Of a stretch of DNA of 64,000 bases, positions 19,547 to 29,303 are shown piece by piece. Numbering within the stretch: the stretch's first letter is position 1; each line of letters begins with the position of its first letter. This DNA comes from an uncultured Chloroflexia bacterium (lineage in GTDB: Bacteria > Chloroflexota > Anaerolineae > Anaerolineales > Villigracilaceae), in NCBI GenBank assembly GCA_963847105.1, contig CAWJYP010000003.1, positions 558,409 to 622,408 on the forward strand. The letters run 5' to 3'. Made by a program: the position numbers and the translations under genes. The notes beneath the pieces are model-generated. The model was not told the DNA's origin. It made no database searches and saw nothing but the letters and a program-made list of their open reading frames with translations.

Positions 19547-19574
19547 AATGCACCGGGTAACCGGTGCATTTTTA
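19547..19574 (+). terminator. Rho-independent terminator
   Basis: A 10-bp stem (aatgcaccgg / ccggtgcatt) with a gtaa loop is followed by ttt. Confidence 0.7.
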
Positions 19575-19708
19575 ACTGCTGGGCCTCGTTGTGAAACCCG
19601 AAATGAGAATTTGATTAAAAAAACCTTCCTTCAAGTCCATTCCTGTTCGAAGTTCGGATAAAATGGAGCAAATAAGCCGTATTTCACTAAATGGATAAGG
19701 AGTACCCT

Positions 19709-20161
19709 ATGAACCAAGACAGCACCACCAGGAAAGCTATCAATAAGACCCCCAAAGGATTCACGGAGGAGGAACGTGCCGCGATGAAGGAGCGCGCCCG
19801 CGAGCTGAAGGCTGAAGCGAACAAGGCCAACGGGGAAAAGGATTTGCTCGCCAAGATCGCCGAGATGCCGGAACCGGATCGCGTTATGGCCAGGCGGCTC
19901 CATGAGATCGTCAAAGCCAGCGCACCGACATTATCGCCGAAAACCTGGTACGGGATGCCCGCCTATGCCAACCAGGATGGTAAGGTCGTCTGCTTCTTCC
20001 AAAGTGCGCATAAGTTTGGCGCAAGGTACGCAACCTTCGGCTTCAACGACACGGCCAACCTCGACGAAGGCGCCATGTGGCCGACTTCCTTTGCGCTGAA
20101 GGAGTTGAACTCCGCTGATGAGGCCAAGATCAGCGCGCTCGTGAAGAAAGCGGTGAGCTGA
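19709..20161 (+). CDS. DUF1801 (YdhG-like) domain protein
   Basis: ATG at 19709 lies 6 nt after AAGGAG. The sequence [37 protein letters not shown] matches my recollection of the YdhG/DUF1801 family. Confidence 0.7.
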   Translation: MNQDSTTRKAINKTPKGFTEEERAAMKERARELKAEANKANGEKDLLAKIAEMPEPDRVMARRLHEIVKASAPTLSPKTWYGMPAYANQDGKVVCFFQSAHKFGARYATFGFNDTANLDEGAMWPTSFALKELNSADEAKISALVKKAVS

Positions 20162-20355
20162 GGATTGAGGTCGCCAGTGAACCCTGCCCCTGGCGGGATC
20201 GACGGTCGGGGCGAGGTGTTCCAGCTTGACGAAATCGCGCGTCATCAGGTGATTTTCAGGCTCAGTAAAATCCACCGGGCGATTCGTTTAATGCCAACTG
20301 CTCATCATATTCATTGAGATATGTCGCGAGCAAACAAATAATGACAAACAGTGGA

Positions 20356-20934
20356 ATGAATCCGAAAGTTGATTTCTATTTCAATCAAGCCGATAAGTGG
20401 CAGGAAGAGATCAAGAAATTGAGAACGATCGTTCTTGACTGCCTGTTGACCGAAGAATTAAAGTGGGGCGTTCCTTGTTACACGTTTCAGGACAGCAATA
20501 TTGTTTTGATCCATAAATTTAAAGAATACTGTGCGGTTTTATTTGTTAAGGGCGCTTTGCTTAAGGATGCTAATGGGATCCTCATCCAGCAAACGGAGAA
20601 TGTGCAGGCGGCGCGCCAGATCCGCTTTACCAATGTCCGGGAAATAGTTGAGATGGAATCCATCCTGAAAGCCTATATTTCTGAAGCCATTGAAGTGGAA
20701 AAAGCCGGTTTAAAGGTGAATTTTAAGAAGGCTACAGAATATACCGTTCCTGAAGAATTTATCAATAAGTTGGAGGGGGTTCCTGGCCTGCAAGATGCTT
20801 TTGATGCATTGACGCCAGGACGGCAAAGAGCCTACATTCTTTATTTTTCCGCACCTAAACAATCCAAAACCCGAGAGTCAAGGATAGAAAAATGTATGCC
20901 GCTAATTCTAAGCGGGAAAGGATTAAATGATTAG
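20356..20934 (+). CDS. DUF1801 / YdeI-OmpD-associated family protein
   Basis: N-terminus: MNPKVDFYFNQADKWQEEIKKLRTIVLDCLLTEELKWGVPCYT. C-terminus: LTPGRQRAYILYFSAPKQSKTRESRIEKCMPLILSGKG. Confidence 0.7.
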   Translation: MNPKVDFYFNQADKWQEEIKKLRTIVLDCLLTEELKWGVPCYTFQDSNIVLIHKFKEYCAVLFVKGALLKDANGILIQQTENVQAARQIRFTNVREIVEMESILKAYISEAIEVEKAGLKVNFKKATEYTVPEEFINKLEGVPGLQDAFDALTPGRQRAYILYFSAPKQSKTRESRIEKCMPLILSGKGLND

Positions 20935-21074
20935 TACATTAACAGGGGGCTGATCACAAGCGCTAGTACCATCGTTCAAGAACCTGTAAGTGGAGGAGCG
21001 GGGACAGTAATAGGCTATGCTCCACTAACCGAGGCGATTGGCGAAGCACACCAAAAGGTCAACTCAGGATGGGT

Positions 21075-22627
21075 TTAGGGATCGCTCAAAGGGGGGACGT
21101 GGCAGGTGTTGACGGTCATGTCCGTGATCTCACGGAAGCAGTAGAGCTGTGTGTCGAGGGAGAAAAAACGCCGGTTCGGCAGCAGGTCCAGATTGGTCCC
21201 AAAATAATGATTAAAGACCAATCGGAATGTGTTGACGGGACTCACATCCACAGGGATCTCTGCCGTGGGCACGCCCGGCAAATGATAGGCATTGAGAATG
21301 GAATAACGTTCGAACGGGCAGCCTCGGGCGGGATCGGTGAAATCCATATACACATCAGGTCCATGGTCGCCCTGCAGAATGATGACCGGGGGTTTGGTCG
21401 AACGCTCCAAAATGACGTCGATCATCTCGAGAGTCTTCCGATTGACAAAGGTCACCTGGTCGATGTAGCCCTGGCGGTACCGTTCAATGTCGGCGGCATA
21501 CCCAGGCGAGCCTACATCGGGATGTTGCAGATTGTTGGCGGCGGGACCGCCATCACTGCCGAAGATGAAGGGTGGATGCGGAGCCATGATATGGGCGAAG
21601 ACGAACTTTGGACCGGAAATGGAGGCCGAATCGGCCAGCGCACTGAAATCGTGGAGGATCAACGTGCGGTTCTCCTCTATTGAAGGGAACGAGATCCCCA
21701 TCCAGGAGTTGCCGAAGAAGCGCAGGTTGGTCCAGCTAATGAAGGCCATGGGGAAATTCCGCAGCATCACCCGGTAAGGACTGAGAAAAACATCCCCATC
21801 GCGGATATCGGTGTAATCCCAACCGCTGGCGACGAAGACCGTCTGATAGCCCTGCTGTTCCAGGAAACCGCGGGCCTGGCTGTGCTGGATGGCCTCGCCG
21901 GCAGGCCACCACAGGTTGGAATCTCCCATCGCGGCAGCGAGGGTGTCGAGGTACTGCATGTTCATGGACGAAGAGATCGAGAGCAGCGTGCGGGCGTAAT
22001 TGGACTGACTTTGCGGTCCTACTACAAAACCACGCTGCTGCAGGGCAGCGGTAAACTGGCTGTTGTCGTAATCGAGGACGAGCGAAGCATATCTTCGCGG
22101 CCGTAGCCATCCAGGATTATGTAATAGATATCCGGGAATTGAGATGGGTCGGCGGTCACTTGCTGACCGTCCATCACCGGCATCATGGCCTGACCGGCAT
22201 TTACCGGGGCTGGATTGGCAACGATGAAATCTACAAAGCGGGTCAAATAGAAGCCGGTCAGGAACAGGCTAATAATGGCGAGGGATGTATTGACATGCTG
22301 CAAGCTGATCTTTTTCAACACCAGTTTGAAGATGAGCATGCTGAACAGGGTGATGATGATGACTGCCAGGAAGATGTACCAAAGGTGAACCAGGCCCAAT
22401 ACCAACAAGGAGGTGATGAGAGCGGCCGGCTTGGAATCGCGGGTAAGCAACCATGCCAGCAGATAAATGATTAGGCTGATCACCACAGCCCACAGGGTGG
22501 GGTCGAGCACGTCACGGGGGGAGATATACAAGCCGGTATTGGTCATGCTGACAAAAAGGATGACCCCGGAGATGGCCGCGAGCAGAAATGGGTGCAGGAT
22601 GAGAAATCGCTTCATGAATGGTTCCAA
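21075..22627 (-). pseudogene. Membrane-anchored sulfatase-like hydrolase/transferase (alkaline phosphatase superfamily) with one frameshift at about 22080-22083
   Basis: The N-terminal fragment 22022..22627 has 5 TM segments and ends PDIYYIILDGYGREDMLRSSSITTT...*. Shifting frame after DMLR gives LVLDYDNSQFTAALQQRGFVVGPQSQSNYARTLLSISSSMNMQYLD. This runs straight into ORF 21075..21965 (PKFVFAHIMAPHPPFIF, VIILQGDHGP). Confidence 0.75.
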
Positions 22628-22831
22628 TAATTATCTCACCTTTTTAATACAGCTGCCCTTATCATTCTTGAAAGCAGCCTTGAATAGGGGGGTCCTGAAC
22701 GGTAATAATAGTCTTCATCTTATGAACTGCTATGGTCCCGCTGGTTGCTTAAGTTGAATAATGAAAATACACAAAAATCGCATATAATGAGAATACTTAT
22801 CCGATTTAGTCAGAAATATGAGGAGAATAAA

Positions 22832-23062
22832 ATGAACCCATTAATTTCATTCTTGGCCTCCAAAGCCGGTCGAATTACGCGTATTGTAGCCGGACTCGTG
22901 CTCATTGCGATCGGATTTTTCGTTGTCGACAATACCACGGTTGGCGCCATCCTGATGATCGTTGGTCTGGTCCCACTTCTGGCCGGTATTTTTGACTATT
23001 GTGTCTTGGCCCCGCTTTTTGGTCTTCCAATAAGTGGAAAGAAGATCCGTGCTGGCAAGTGA
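22832..23062 (+). CDS. DUF2892 (YgaP-like) small membrane protein
   Basis: ATG at 22832 follows GAGGAG. Sequence: GRITRIVAGLVLIAIGFFVV...VGLVPLLAGIFDYCVLAPLFG. Confidence 0.7.
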   Translation: MNPLISFLASKAGRITRIVAGLVLIAIGFFVVDNTTVGAILMIVGLVPLLAGIFDYCVLAPLFGLPISGKKIRAGK

Positions 23063-23096
23063 TGAAGGGCGATGATCCCGTAGTTTGAACAAAAAA

Positions 23097-23127
23097 ACAG
23101 CGGTCCTTTTTGAGGATCGCTGTTTTC
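23097..23127. terminator. Bidirectional terminator between convergent genes
   Basis: acagcggtcc / ggatcgctgt stem with one G-A mismatch. An A-run lies upstream and tttc downstream. Confidence 0.55.
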
Positions 23128-23151
23128 TATTGGCTGGGAAGAGATTGAGAA

Positions 23152-24138
23152 TTAATTTGTTGGTTCGGCCGTCCGGGTTGGTTCGGGGGTTCTGGTAGGC
23201 TCGCGAGTTTTAGTTGGCTCCGGGGTTTTTGTCGGAGCATCGAATTTGGTCGGTTCCGGGGTGCGGGTAGGTTCAGGTGTTTTGGTTGCATCCCCGGATC
23301 CACTATTCGATCCCGAATTGCTTTCCTGCGTGGAGCTGCCGGACCCACTGTCACCGCTGCCGCTGCCGGAGTTGGAAACGCCATCCTCCGGTTGCGATGT
23401 TTTGGTCGCCTGCTCCTCGTCCGATCCTGACGAATCAGGGCTGCCGTTCCCACTCGTCTCGAGACGGATCTTTTGTGCGAGGACAGTGCCATTCGGCTGA
23501 GTGATTCCCTCCACCTCCACATGCGCATTGATGACGATCTGTCCATCCACTTCCGTTTGTGGATTGAGGATCACCTGTATTCCGGAGACCAGCCAGCCGT
23601 CGGTAAGCTGGGCATCAACCAATCCGCTGAATTTCACCTCTACAGTTCGCTGACTGACGAGGAGCGACTCAGTCTCATCAATGCGACGTTGATAGTACTT
23701 GTCTTCCAGGGCTGCTTTTTGGTCCGGGTCGAAGGTCAGATCCAGTTGGATGATTTCGGCTGTTCGTTTGATGCCATACAGCGGGTCGTCCGGCAGGGAA
23801 CTGGCGGATGCACGAAGAAGTCCGTTTCCGCTGACGACCAGGAACACTAGCACCACAGCTGTGATCAACGCAAAGCGCAATCCCGGCGTCAATCCTTTGC
23901 GAGTCGCTTGCGTGCGGCGCAGATCATTCACCTGGGCGAAAAGATGCAACCGTCCGGCGTTGAAAGCCTTTTGTGGGATGGGTTCTGGATCAACGCTCTG
24001 GGCAGCCTGTGCAGCCAGGAGGAGGTGCTGTAATTCGGCGGAGAGAAGCGGGTAACGAGCCAGTACGGTTTCCAGGCTGGCGCCATCCTGCATGGATTGC
24101 AGGCAATCTTCCAGAGCCAGGATCAATTTGTTATTCAT
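23152..24138 (-). CDS. Anti-sigma factor-like membrane protein with a DUF5667-like region, a beta-module and a Pro/Thr/Glu repeat tail
   Basis: ATG at 24138 (GGAGG upstream) overlaps the sigma-factor stop by 8 nt. There is one TM segment (FALITAVVLVFLVV). It also has LYGIKRTAEIIQLDLTFDPDQKAALEDKYYQRRIDE and a C-terminal TKTPEPTRTPEPT... tail. Confidence 0.7.
   Translation of the reverse strand: MNNKLILALEDCLQSMQDGASLETVLARYPLLSAELQHLLLAAQAAQSVDPEPIPQKAFNAGRLHLFAQVNDLRRTQATRKGLTPGLRFALITAVVLVFLVVSGNGLLRASASSLPDDPLYGIKRTAEIIQLDLTFDPDQKAALEDKYYQRRIDETESLLVSQRTVEVKFSGLVDAQLTDGWLVSGIQVILNPQTEVDGQIVINAHVEVEGITQPNGTVLAQKIRLETSGNGSPDSSGSDEEQATKTSQPEDGVSNSGSGSGDSGSGSSTQESNSGSNSGSGDATKTPEPTRTPEPTKFDAPTKTPEPTKTREPTRTPEPTRTAEPTN
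23155..23292 (-). repeat. Imperfect hexapeptide (T-[KR]-T-P-E-P) coding repeats
   Basis: The C-terminal 46 aa read ATKTPEPTRTPEPTKFDAPTKTPEPTKTREPTRTPEPTRTAEPTN. The DNA shows reiterated ggttc(g/a)gg units. Confidence 0.55.
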
Positions 24139-24727
24139 ATGCGGCCTCCTCCATCGCTTGATGGAGCGCAGCCAGGGCACGGAATTGAAGTTGCTTGATA
24201 TGGTTGGCCTTCTTCTTCAGTAGAACAGCGGTCTCTTCCAGGGAGAATCCCTGGCCGAAGCGCAAGGCGAGCACATTCTGCAGGTCGGGTTTCAGCGTGG
24301 AAAGGGCCAGCCTTATTGCCCGCTTGTTCTCGTTGGTTTCCACAATATCCGCAGGCACGGGCATACGGTCGATAAGATCGGTTTCCAAAGGTTCTACTTT
24401 TCGGCGGTAAGATTTTCGTAGGGTGTCGTTGACCGCATGGGAAGCAGTGGCTAAAAGCCAGGCCTTCAGGTTCTTGTCTGGGCCGCGGCGGTTGTGAATC
24501 GCTTCCAGTAGGCGGGTGAAAACATCGTTGGTGATATCTTCAGCCTGGTTTTCATCCCCCAGGCGGTATCGGACGAAGCGTAAGACGACAGGATAATATT
24601 GCGTGTATACCGTGCTGAAAGCCTGTGGGTCGAACACCCGCAGGCCTTCCAGCTCAGTATCAATGGTAATGACATCTGAAGGATTCAACTGGTTCCACAT
24701 TCCAAAGGTTTCAGGTTGGATTACCAT
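24131..24727 (-). CDS. ECF-type sigma-70 family RNA polymerase sigma factor
   Basis: Region 2: YYPVVLRFVRYRLGDENQAEDITNDVF. Region 4: LKPDLQNVLALRFGQGFSLEETAVLLKKKANHIKQLQFRAL. The start could instead be 24700. Confidence 0.8.
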   Translation of the reverse strand: MVIQPETFGMWNQLNPSDVITIDTELEGLRVFDPQAFSTVYTQYYPVVLRFVRYRLGDENQAEDITNDVFTRLLEAIHNRRGPDKNLKAWLLATASHAVNDTLRKSYRRKVEPLETDLIDRMPVPADIVETNENKRAIRLALSTLKPDLQNVLALRFGQGFSLEETAVLLKKKANHIKQLQFRALAALHQAMEEAAYE

Positions 24728-24759
24728 CGCAGTATATCACTCACTCATACATACAGTTT

Positions 24760-25380
24760 TTAGTCATGACCGCTGTCATCGTCATCGCCGCCGGATCCGC
24801 CGGAGTCATCATCCGGGCTGGAGGAATCGCTGTTCGAGCTCGGGCCGGACGAGTCATCTACGGAATCGCTGCCGCTGCTGTCATCTGACGTAGCCACCGA
24901 GTTCTGAATTTCGCGGGCAGTCAGGATTCCATTTGAATTCAGGAAAGCATGTACCTTGACCAGGTCACCGACAGCGAATGTGCCCTCGAGCTCCGTCTGT
25001 GCATTGACCAGTATCGTCTGGCTGCCGATCACCCAGCTATCGCTGCCCATGCTTAGGATCGTGCCGAAGAATTCCATCTCGCCGTCATCGTTGAAGTCAT
25101 CTTCATCATCCACATCAGGAGTATCGGTGGCATCCATGCCGTTATCGTCCGGAGTGAACTCAGGGGTAGGCTGAGCATCATCCAATCCATTGTGTTTCTC
25201 GGATTCGATCTCACTCGGGCTGGCTTGCGGCGTGTCGTCAGCGGACAGGGAGTTGCCTGCAAAGGCAGCCTTGGCAGCCGCGATGACCTTCCCTGCCGCC
25301 AGACTGCCAGGGGTGAATGTGGCGAATGCGAGTGCAGCCAGGACCAGGGCGGATAAGGTGAAGAGCATAAATTTTTTCAT
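24760..25380 (-). CDS. Secreted protein with a DUF5666-like beta-module and an acidic Ser/Asp tail
   Basis: Signal peptide: MKKFMLFTLSALVLAALAFA. Module: FFGTILSMGSDSWVIGSQTILVNAQTELEGTFAVGDLVKVHAFLNSNGILTAREIQ. The C-terminus is rich in D, S and G. Confidence 0.7.
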   Translation of the reverse strand: MKKFMLFTLSALVLAALAFATFTPGSLAAGKVIAAAKAAFAGNSLSADDTPQASPSEIESEKHNGLDDAQPTPEFTPDDNGMDATDTPDVDDEDDFNDDGEMEFFGTILSMGSDSWVIGSQTILVNAQTELEGTFAVGDLVKVHAFLNSNGILTAREIQNSVATSDDSSGSDSVDDSSGPSSNSDSSSPDDDSGGSGGDDDDSGHD

Positions 25381-25540
25381 GGTTTTTTCCTCTCAGAATG
25401 GTTTATTGGATAAATTACATCTATTATGTCGCCTTACTCTCCAAAAGGTTACAGAATATTAGAGCAGAAAATACCAGATTCCCGGATGGTTCCTTTTATG
25501 GGTTTTTCCCTTATAATCTACTTTGGCATGAGGCGAACCA

Positions 25541-28500
25541 ATGACGCATAGTTCCCAATTTATTGATAGCAGGCAAAATATCGGTGCCAGGCTCTCCGGG
25601 AGGCCGACTTTTGGTTTCATCGTGAACTGGGGGCTATCTAATCCATATAGCAGCCCCATGTGGTGGGGAGCAGCCATTGCCGCCGAAACCCTGGATGTTA
25701 ATTTGATCGGTTTCGGGGACATCAACATTTATGACCTCGCCCGCAACCCATCCCTCTATCGTCAGATCGACCCCGCTTCCCTGGATGGTCTGGTGCTGGT
25801 CAATGCCATCTATCCACGCCTGCCTGCGGGCATCTTTAGCTCCGTGCCGATCGTAAACATCGGTTATCCCATGGAAGATGTTATCTCCTCGATCTTGATC
25901 GACAACCATGAGGGAATGCGCTCTATTGTGCGGCATATGATCGAGATCCATGGCTGTAAAAAGATCGCTTATATCAAGGGGCCAACAAACAATCCCGACG
26001 CGGCCGAACGGTTCCGGGCTTATCAGGAAGAGTTGGAGGGCCACGGATTGACCATCGATCCTGACCTTCTTTACCAGCCATTTGACTGGTCGCCTCCGGG
26101 CGGGCGGGAGGGAGTGCGGACCTTCCTGGACGAGAACCAGGCCAAATTCGACGCTCTGATCGGTGCCAACGATAATCTGGCTCTGTCGGCCATGGCGGAG
26201 TTGCAGCGACGGAAGATACATGTGCCTTACGATGTGGCGGTTTGCGGGTTCGACGATGCTCTTGAATCGGCAACCAGCACGCCCACACTCACCACCGTCC
26301 GCCAGCCAACGCAAAAAATGGGGCTGCTGGCTCTTGAGGCATTGCTGGCATACCACCAAGGGAAAAGTGTGCCGCCCAGGTTATTCCTCCCCACCACCTT
26401 GCTCTTGAGGCGTTCCTGCGGCTGTGTATCCGGATCGGTGGCAAACGTGAATCAGGGCATGCCCGCCGCCCAGACCGCTGCCGTGAGTGTTATCCACCAA
26501 AAACAATCTACAGCCGTTTCACTCCTGCGAGAGCGCCGTGAAGTGTTGATCCGGGAAATGCAGCGGGCGGCGTCCGTGGATGAAGAGCCTATCTTCTCCG
26601 AAACAGCGGGGAAGTGGTTGGAAGCCCTGATGGCGAGTCTGGAAAACTCAGATGACGGTGAAGCCTTCCTGACCGCCATAGACCTGACCTTTCGCCGCCT
26701 GATGGAGCACCAGACCCCCGTGGCGGGATTGCAGAATGTGCTTTCAGCGCTGCGACGGGAAGGCTGCCGGGCTTTGGCCGAACAACCCGCCTCATTGGCT
26801 CAGGCAGAAAATCTCTGGCATCGGGCGCGTGTGTTCATCAATGAGCTTACGCTCCAGCAGCAGAACCAGAAACGCCTGCAGATTAACGACCAGATGGCTG
26901 TCTTGCACAGTATCAGCCAGACCATGGCTGTCACCTTCCACCTGGAAAACTTGATGGAAATTCTTGTGCGAGACCTGACCCTCCTTGGGATAGAGAGCTG
27001 CTATGTGGCGGTCTATGAAGGGGTGAACCGGCCGGCCGATAAAGCCCGGTTGATCCTGGCGAACCGGAATGGACACAAGCTGGCTTTAAAGGGGAAGAAG
27101 CATTTTCCCGTCAGCCAACTGCTGCCGGAGGAGATGTGGGGAACCGGCCGCCGCACGATGGTACTGGAGGCGTTGGAATTCCAAAGCGAGGAAATAGGAT
27201 ATGTGCTTTTCGAGGTCGGTCCGCAGGATGGAGCCATTTATGAAGCATTGCGGAGCCAACTAGGTAGCTCGATCAAGGGCGCGGTGCTCTTCGATGAGCG
27301 CGACCATTTGTTGACCAAAACGACCCAACTCTATCGCCAGGCGGCGGCGGGACAGCGGCTTGCAGAAGAAGCCAATCGCTTAAAGAGCCGCTTCCTCTCG
27401 ATGGTCAGCCATGAGTTGTCAGCGCCGTTGCACCTCATCACCGGCTTGAGTGAATTGACCCTGCAGGAAGCAAACAGCGACAAGCCCCTGAATGGCGAAA
27501 ACTTGAAATTGATGCACGTCACGGCTCAGCACCTGGATACCCTGGTGCGTGACGTTTTGGATCTGGCCCGCGAAGAGATGGGTCAACTGCGGCTGGTTTG
27601 CGAACCGATCGATCTCTCCAATGTTCTTGAAGCGGTGGTGGTACTGGGCGAGCAACTGGCCCAGGAACATCACCTCAAGTGGCGATACGAATCCATTTCC
27701 CACCTGCCATTGATTTGGGGAGATCCAACCCGCTTGCGCCAAGTAGTATTGAATCTGCTAAACAACGCGGTCAAATTTACTGAAAAAGGGGAAGTGCGGC
27801 TGCGGGTGGCCCAGGACGGAGAGCGGGTCACGGTCTCTGTAAGCGACACAGGTCTCGGCATCCCACCGGCGGAACAGGGGGTTATCTTCGACGAATTCCG
27901 CCAATCCGACCGGACATCCGCCAGGGGGTATGGCGGTCTTGGGCTGGGCCTGGCTATCTGCAGAAGGCTTGTGAATATGCACGGAGGTGAGATCGCTGTT
28001 CGTTCCTCGGGTATCGAAGGGGAGGGGGCGACCTTCTTCTTTAGCCTGCCGACTCTCAAGGCTACGCCGGTTGATGTGGGTCAGCATGATTCTGTCTGGA
28101 TCCTTACCTCCGACCGACAAAAAGCGGAAGGACTGTGCCTGTATCTTAAAGACCAGGGACTGAATGCCGAGGTCCATTTATGGGATCGTGCCGGGAAATG
28201 GCTGGCGCATGCAGTTCAGGATCCCCCGACGGCGATTGTGGTGGATGGCGTAAAATCCCACAAGCGTGGCCTGGAGGCTATGAAGTCTTTGCGGGCCAAT
28301 CCTGTCACCAATGAAGTCGGGTTGGTATTCTATACCCTTCAAGAAGGCCGGGATAACGGTGCTGTTCTGGAATTGGATTTCTTAAATAAGCCCCTGAACA
28401 CGAACGAGTTGGTGAAAGCGCTGCAGCGTTTAGGCAAAGTGCATACGGGGACAGCGGTTGATGAGATGGCGGGGAGCTGCCAGACGATCCTGATCGTGGA

Positions 28501-29188
28501 TGATGATGCTGGCATTTTGGATATGCATTCCCAGATGGTCCGGGCCAAATATCCGCAGCATCAGATCTTGACGGCCTCGAATGGGAAGGAAGCGCTGGAC
28601 CGCATCAAAAGCAGCCGCCCGGACCTTGTTCTGCTGGACCTGATGATGCCTGAAATGGACGGATTCACGGTGCTCGAAGAAATGCAGAAATTGGAAAACG
28701 CTCATCAGGTGCCGGTCATCGTAATCAGCGCCAAAACCCTTACCGAAGAAGAAATGGCCCGCCTCAACCGGAGCGTAGCGGTGATCTTGCGCAAAGGTAT
28801 GTTCACTTCCGCTGAGACGCTCGATCATATTAAGGATTCTTTGCTCCATCGACAGAAGTTGAGCAGCGAAGCCCAGCGGGTTACTCGCAAGGCTATGGCC
28901 TTTATTCATGAACATTCCGGCGAGACCATCGGGCGGGAGGATGTTGCCCGCTACGCCGGGGTCAGTGAAGGCTACCTGTCCCGTTGTTTTACCCAGGAGA
29001 CCGGTTGTTCATTGATCCACTACATCACCCGCTACCGCATCCAGCAGGCTAAACAACTGCTTTCCAACGGCGACCTATCCATCACCGAGATTGCCCTGGA
29101 AGTTGGTTTCTCCGACAGCAACTATTTCAGCCGCGCCTTTCGCAGAGAAGTCGGTCTCTCACCCCTCGCTTTCCGCCGAAAACAATAA
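25541..29188 (+). CDS. One-polypeptide hybrid regulator: LacI-type sugar-binding (PBP1) domain + histidine kinase + receiver domain(s) + AraC-type HTH
   Basis: 1215 aa with no TM segment.
- PBP1-like N-terminus: KIAYIKGPTNNPDAAERFRAYQEEL...NDNLALSAMAEL...VAVCGFDD...LTTVRQP.
- H-box: RLKSRFLSMVSHELSAPL.
- ATPase: LNLLNNAVKFT...DTGLGI...GGLGLGLAICRRLV.
- Receiver: ILIVDDDAG...LVLLDLMMPEMDG.
- AraC HTH: SEGYLSRCF...SITEIALEVGFSDSNYFSRAFRREVGLSP. Confidence 0.85.
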   Translation: MTHSSQFIDSRQNIGARLSGRPTFGFIVNWGLSNPYSSPMWWGAAIAAETLDVNLIGFGDINIYDLARNPSLYRQIDPASLDGLVLVNAIYPRLPAGIFSSVPIVNIGYPMEDVISSILIDNHEGMRSIVRHMIEIHGCKKIAYIKGPTNNPDAAERFRAYQEELEGHGLTIDPDLLYQPFDWSPPGGREGVRTFLDENQAKFDALIGANDNLALSAMAELQRRKIHVPYDVAVCGFDDALESATSTPTLTTVRQPTQKMGLLALEALLAYHQGKSVPPRLFLPTTLLLRRSCGCVSGSVANVNQGMPAAQTAAVSVIHQKQSTAVSLLRERREVLIREMQRAASVDEEPIFSETAGKWLEALMASLENSDDGEAFLTAIDLTFRRLMEHQTPVAGLQNVLSALRREGCRALAEQPASLAQAENLWHRARVFINELTLQQQNQKRLQINDQMAVLHSISQTMAVTFHLENLMEILVRDLTLLGIESCYVAVYEGVNRPADKARLILANRNGHKLALKGKKHFPVSQLLPEEMWGTGRRTMVLEALEFQSEEIGYVLFEVGPQDGAIYEALRSQLGSSIKGAVLFDERDHLLTKTTQLYRQAAAGQRLAEEANRLKSRFLSMVSHELSAPLHLITGLSELTLQEANSDKPLNGENLKLMHVTAQHLDTLVRDVLDLAREEMGQLRLVCEPIDLSNVLEAVVVLGEQLAQEHHLKWRYESISHLPLIWGDPTRLRQVVLNLLNNAVKFTEKGEVRLRVAQDGERVTVSVSDTGLGIPPAEQGVIFDEFRQSDRTSARGYGGLGLGLAICRRLVNMHGGEIAVRSSGIEGEGATFFFSLPTLKATPVDVGQHDSVWILTSDRQKAEGLCLYLKDQGLNAEVHLWDRAGKWLAHAVQDPPTAIVVDGVKSHKRGLEAMKSLRANPVTNEVGLVFYTLQEGRDNGAVLELDFLNKPLNTNELVKALQRLGKVHTGTAVDEMAGSCQTILIVDDDAGILDMHSQMVRAKYPQHQILTASNGKEALDRIKSSRPDLVLLDLMMPEMDGFTVLEEMQKLENAHQVPVIVISAKTLTEEEMARLNRSVAVILRKGMFTSAETLDHIKDSLLHRQKLSSEAQRVTRKAMAFIHEHSGETIGREDVARYAGVSEGYLSRCFTQETGCSLIHYITRYRIQQAKQLLSNGDLSITEIALEVGFSDSNYFSRAFRREVGLSPLAFRRKQ

Positions 29189-29303
29189 AATCCACTTGGT
29201 CACCGCCGTGCTAATGCCCGACACAATTTTCCATGCGCCGGGTATGCCTCATCCTCTATACTGTGAAAAGAAATAAACCTTTTCCTATTGAGGAATATTA
29301 CCT

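Noticed and set aside
21069-21683. A 204-aa plus-strand ORF opposite the sulfatase-like gene.
   Set aside because: It is antisense to an ORF with clear alkaline-phosphatase-superfamily motifs. It has no recognisable motif or RBS of its own.
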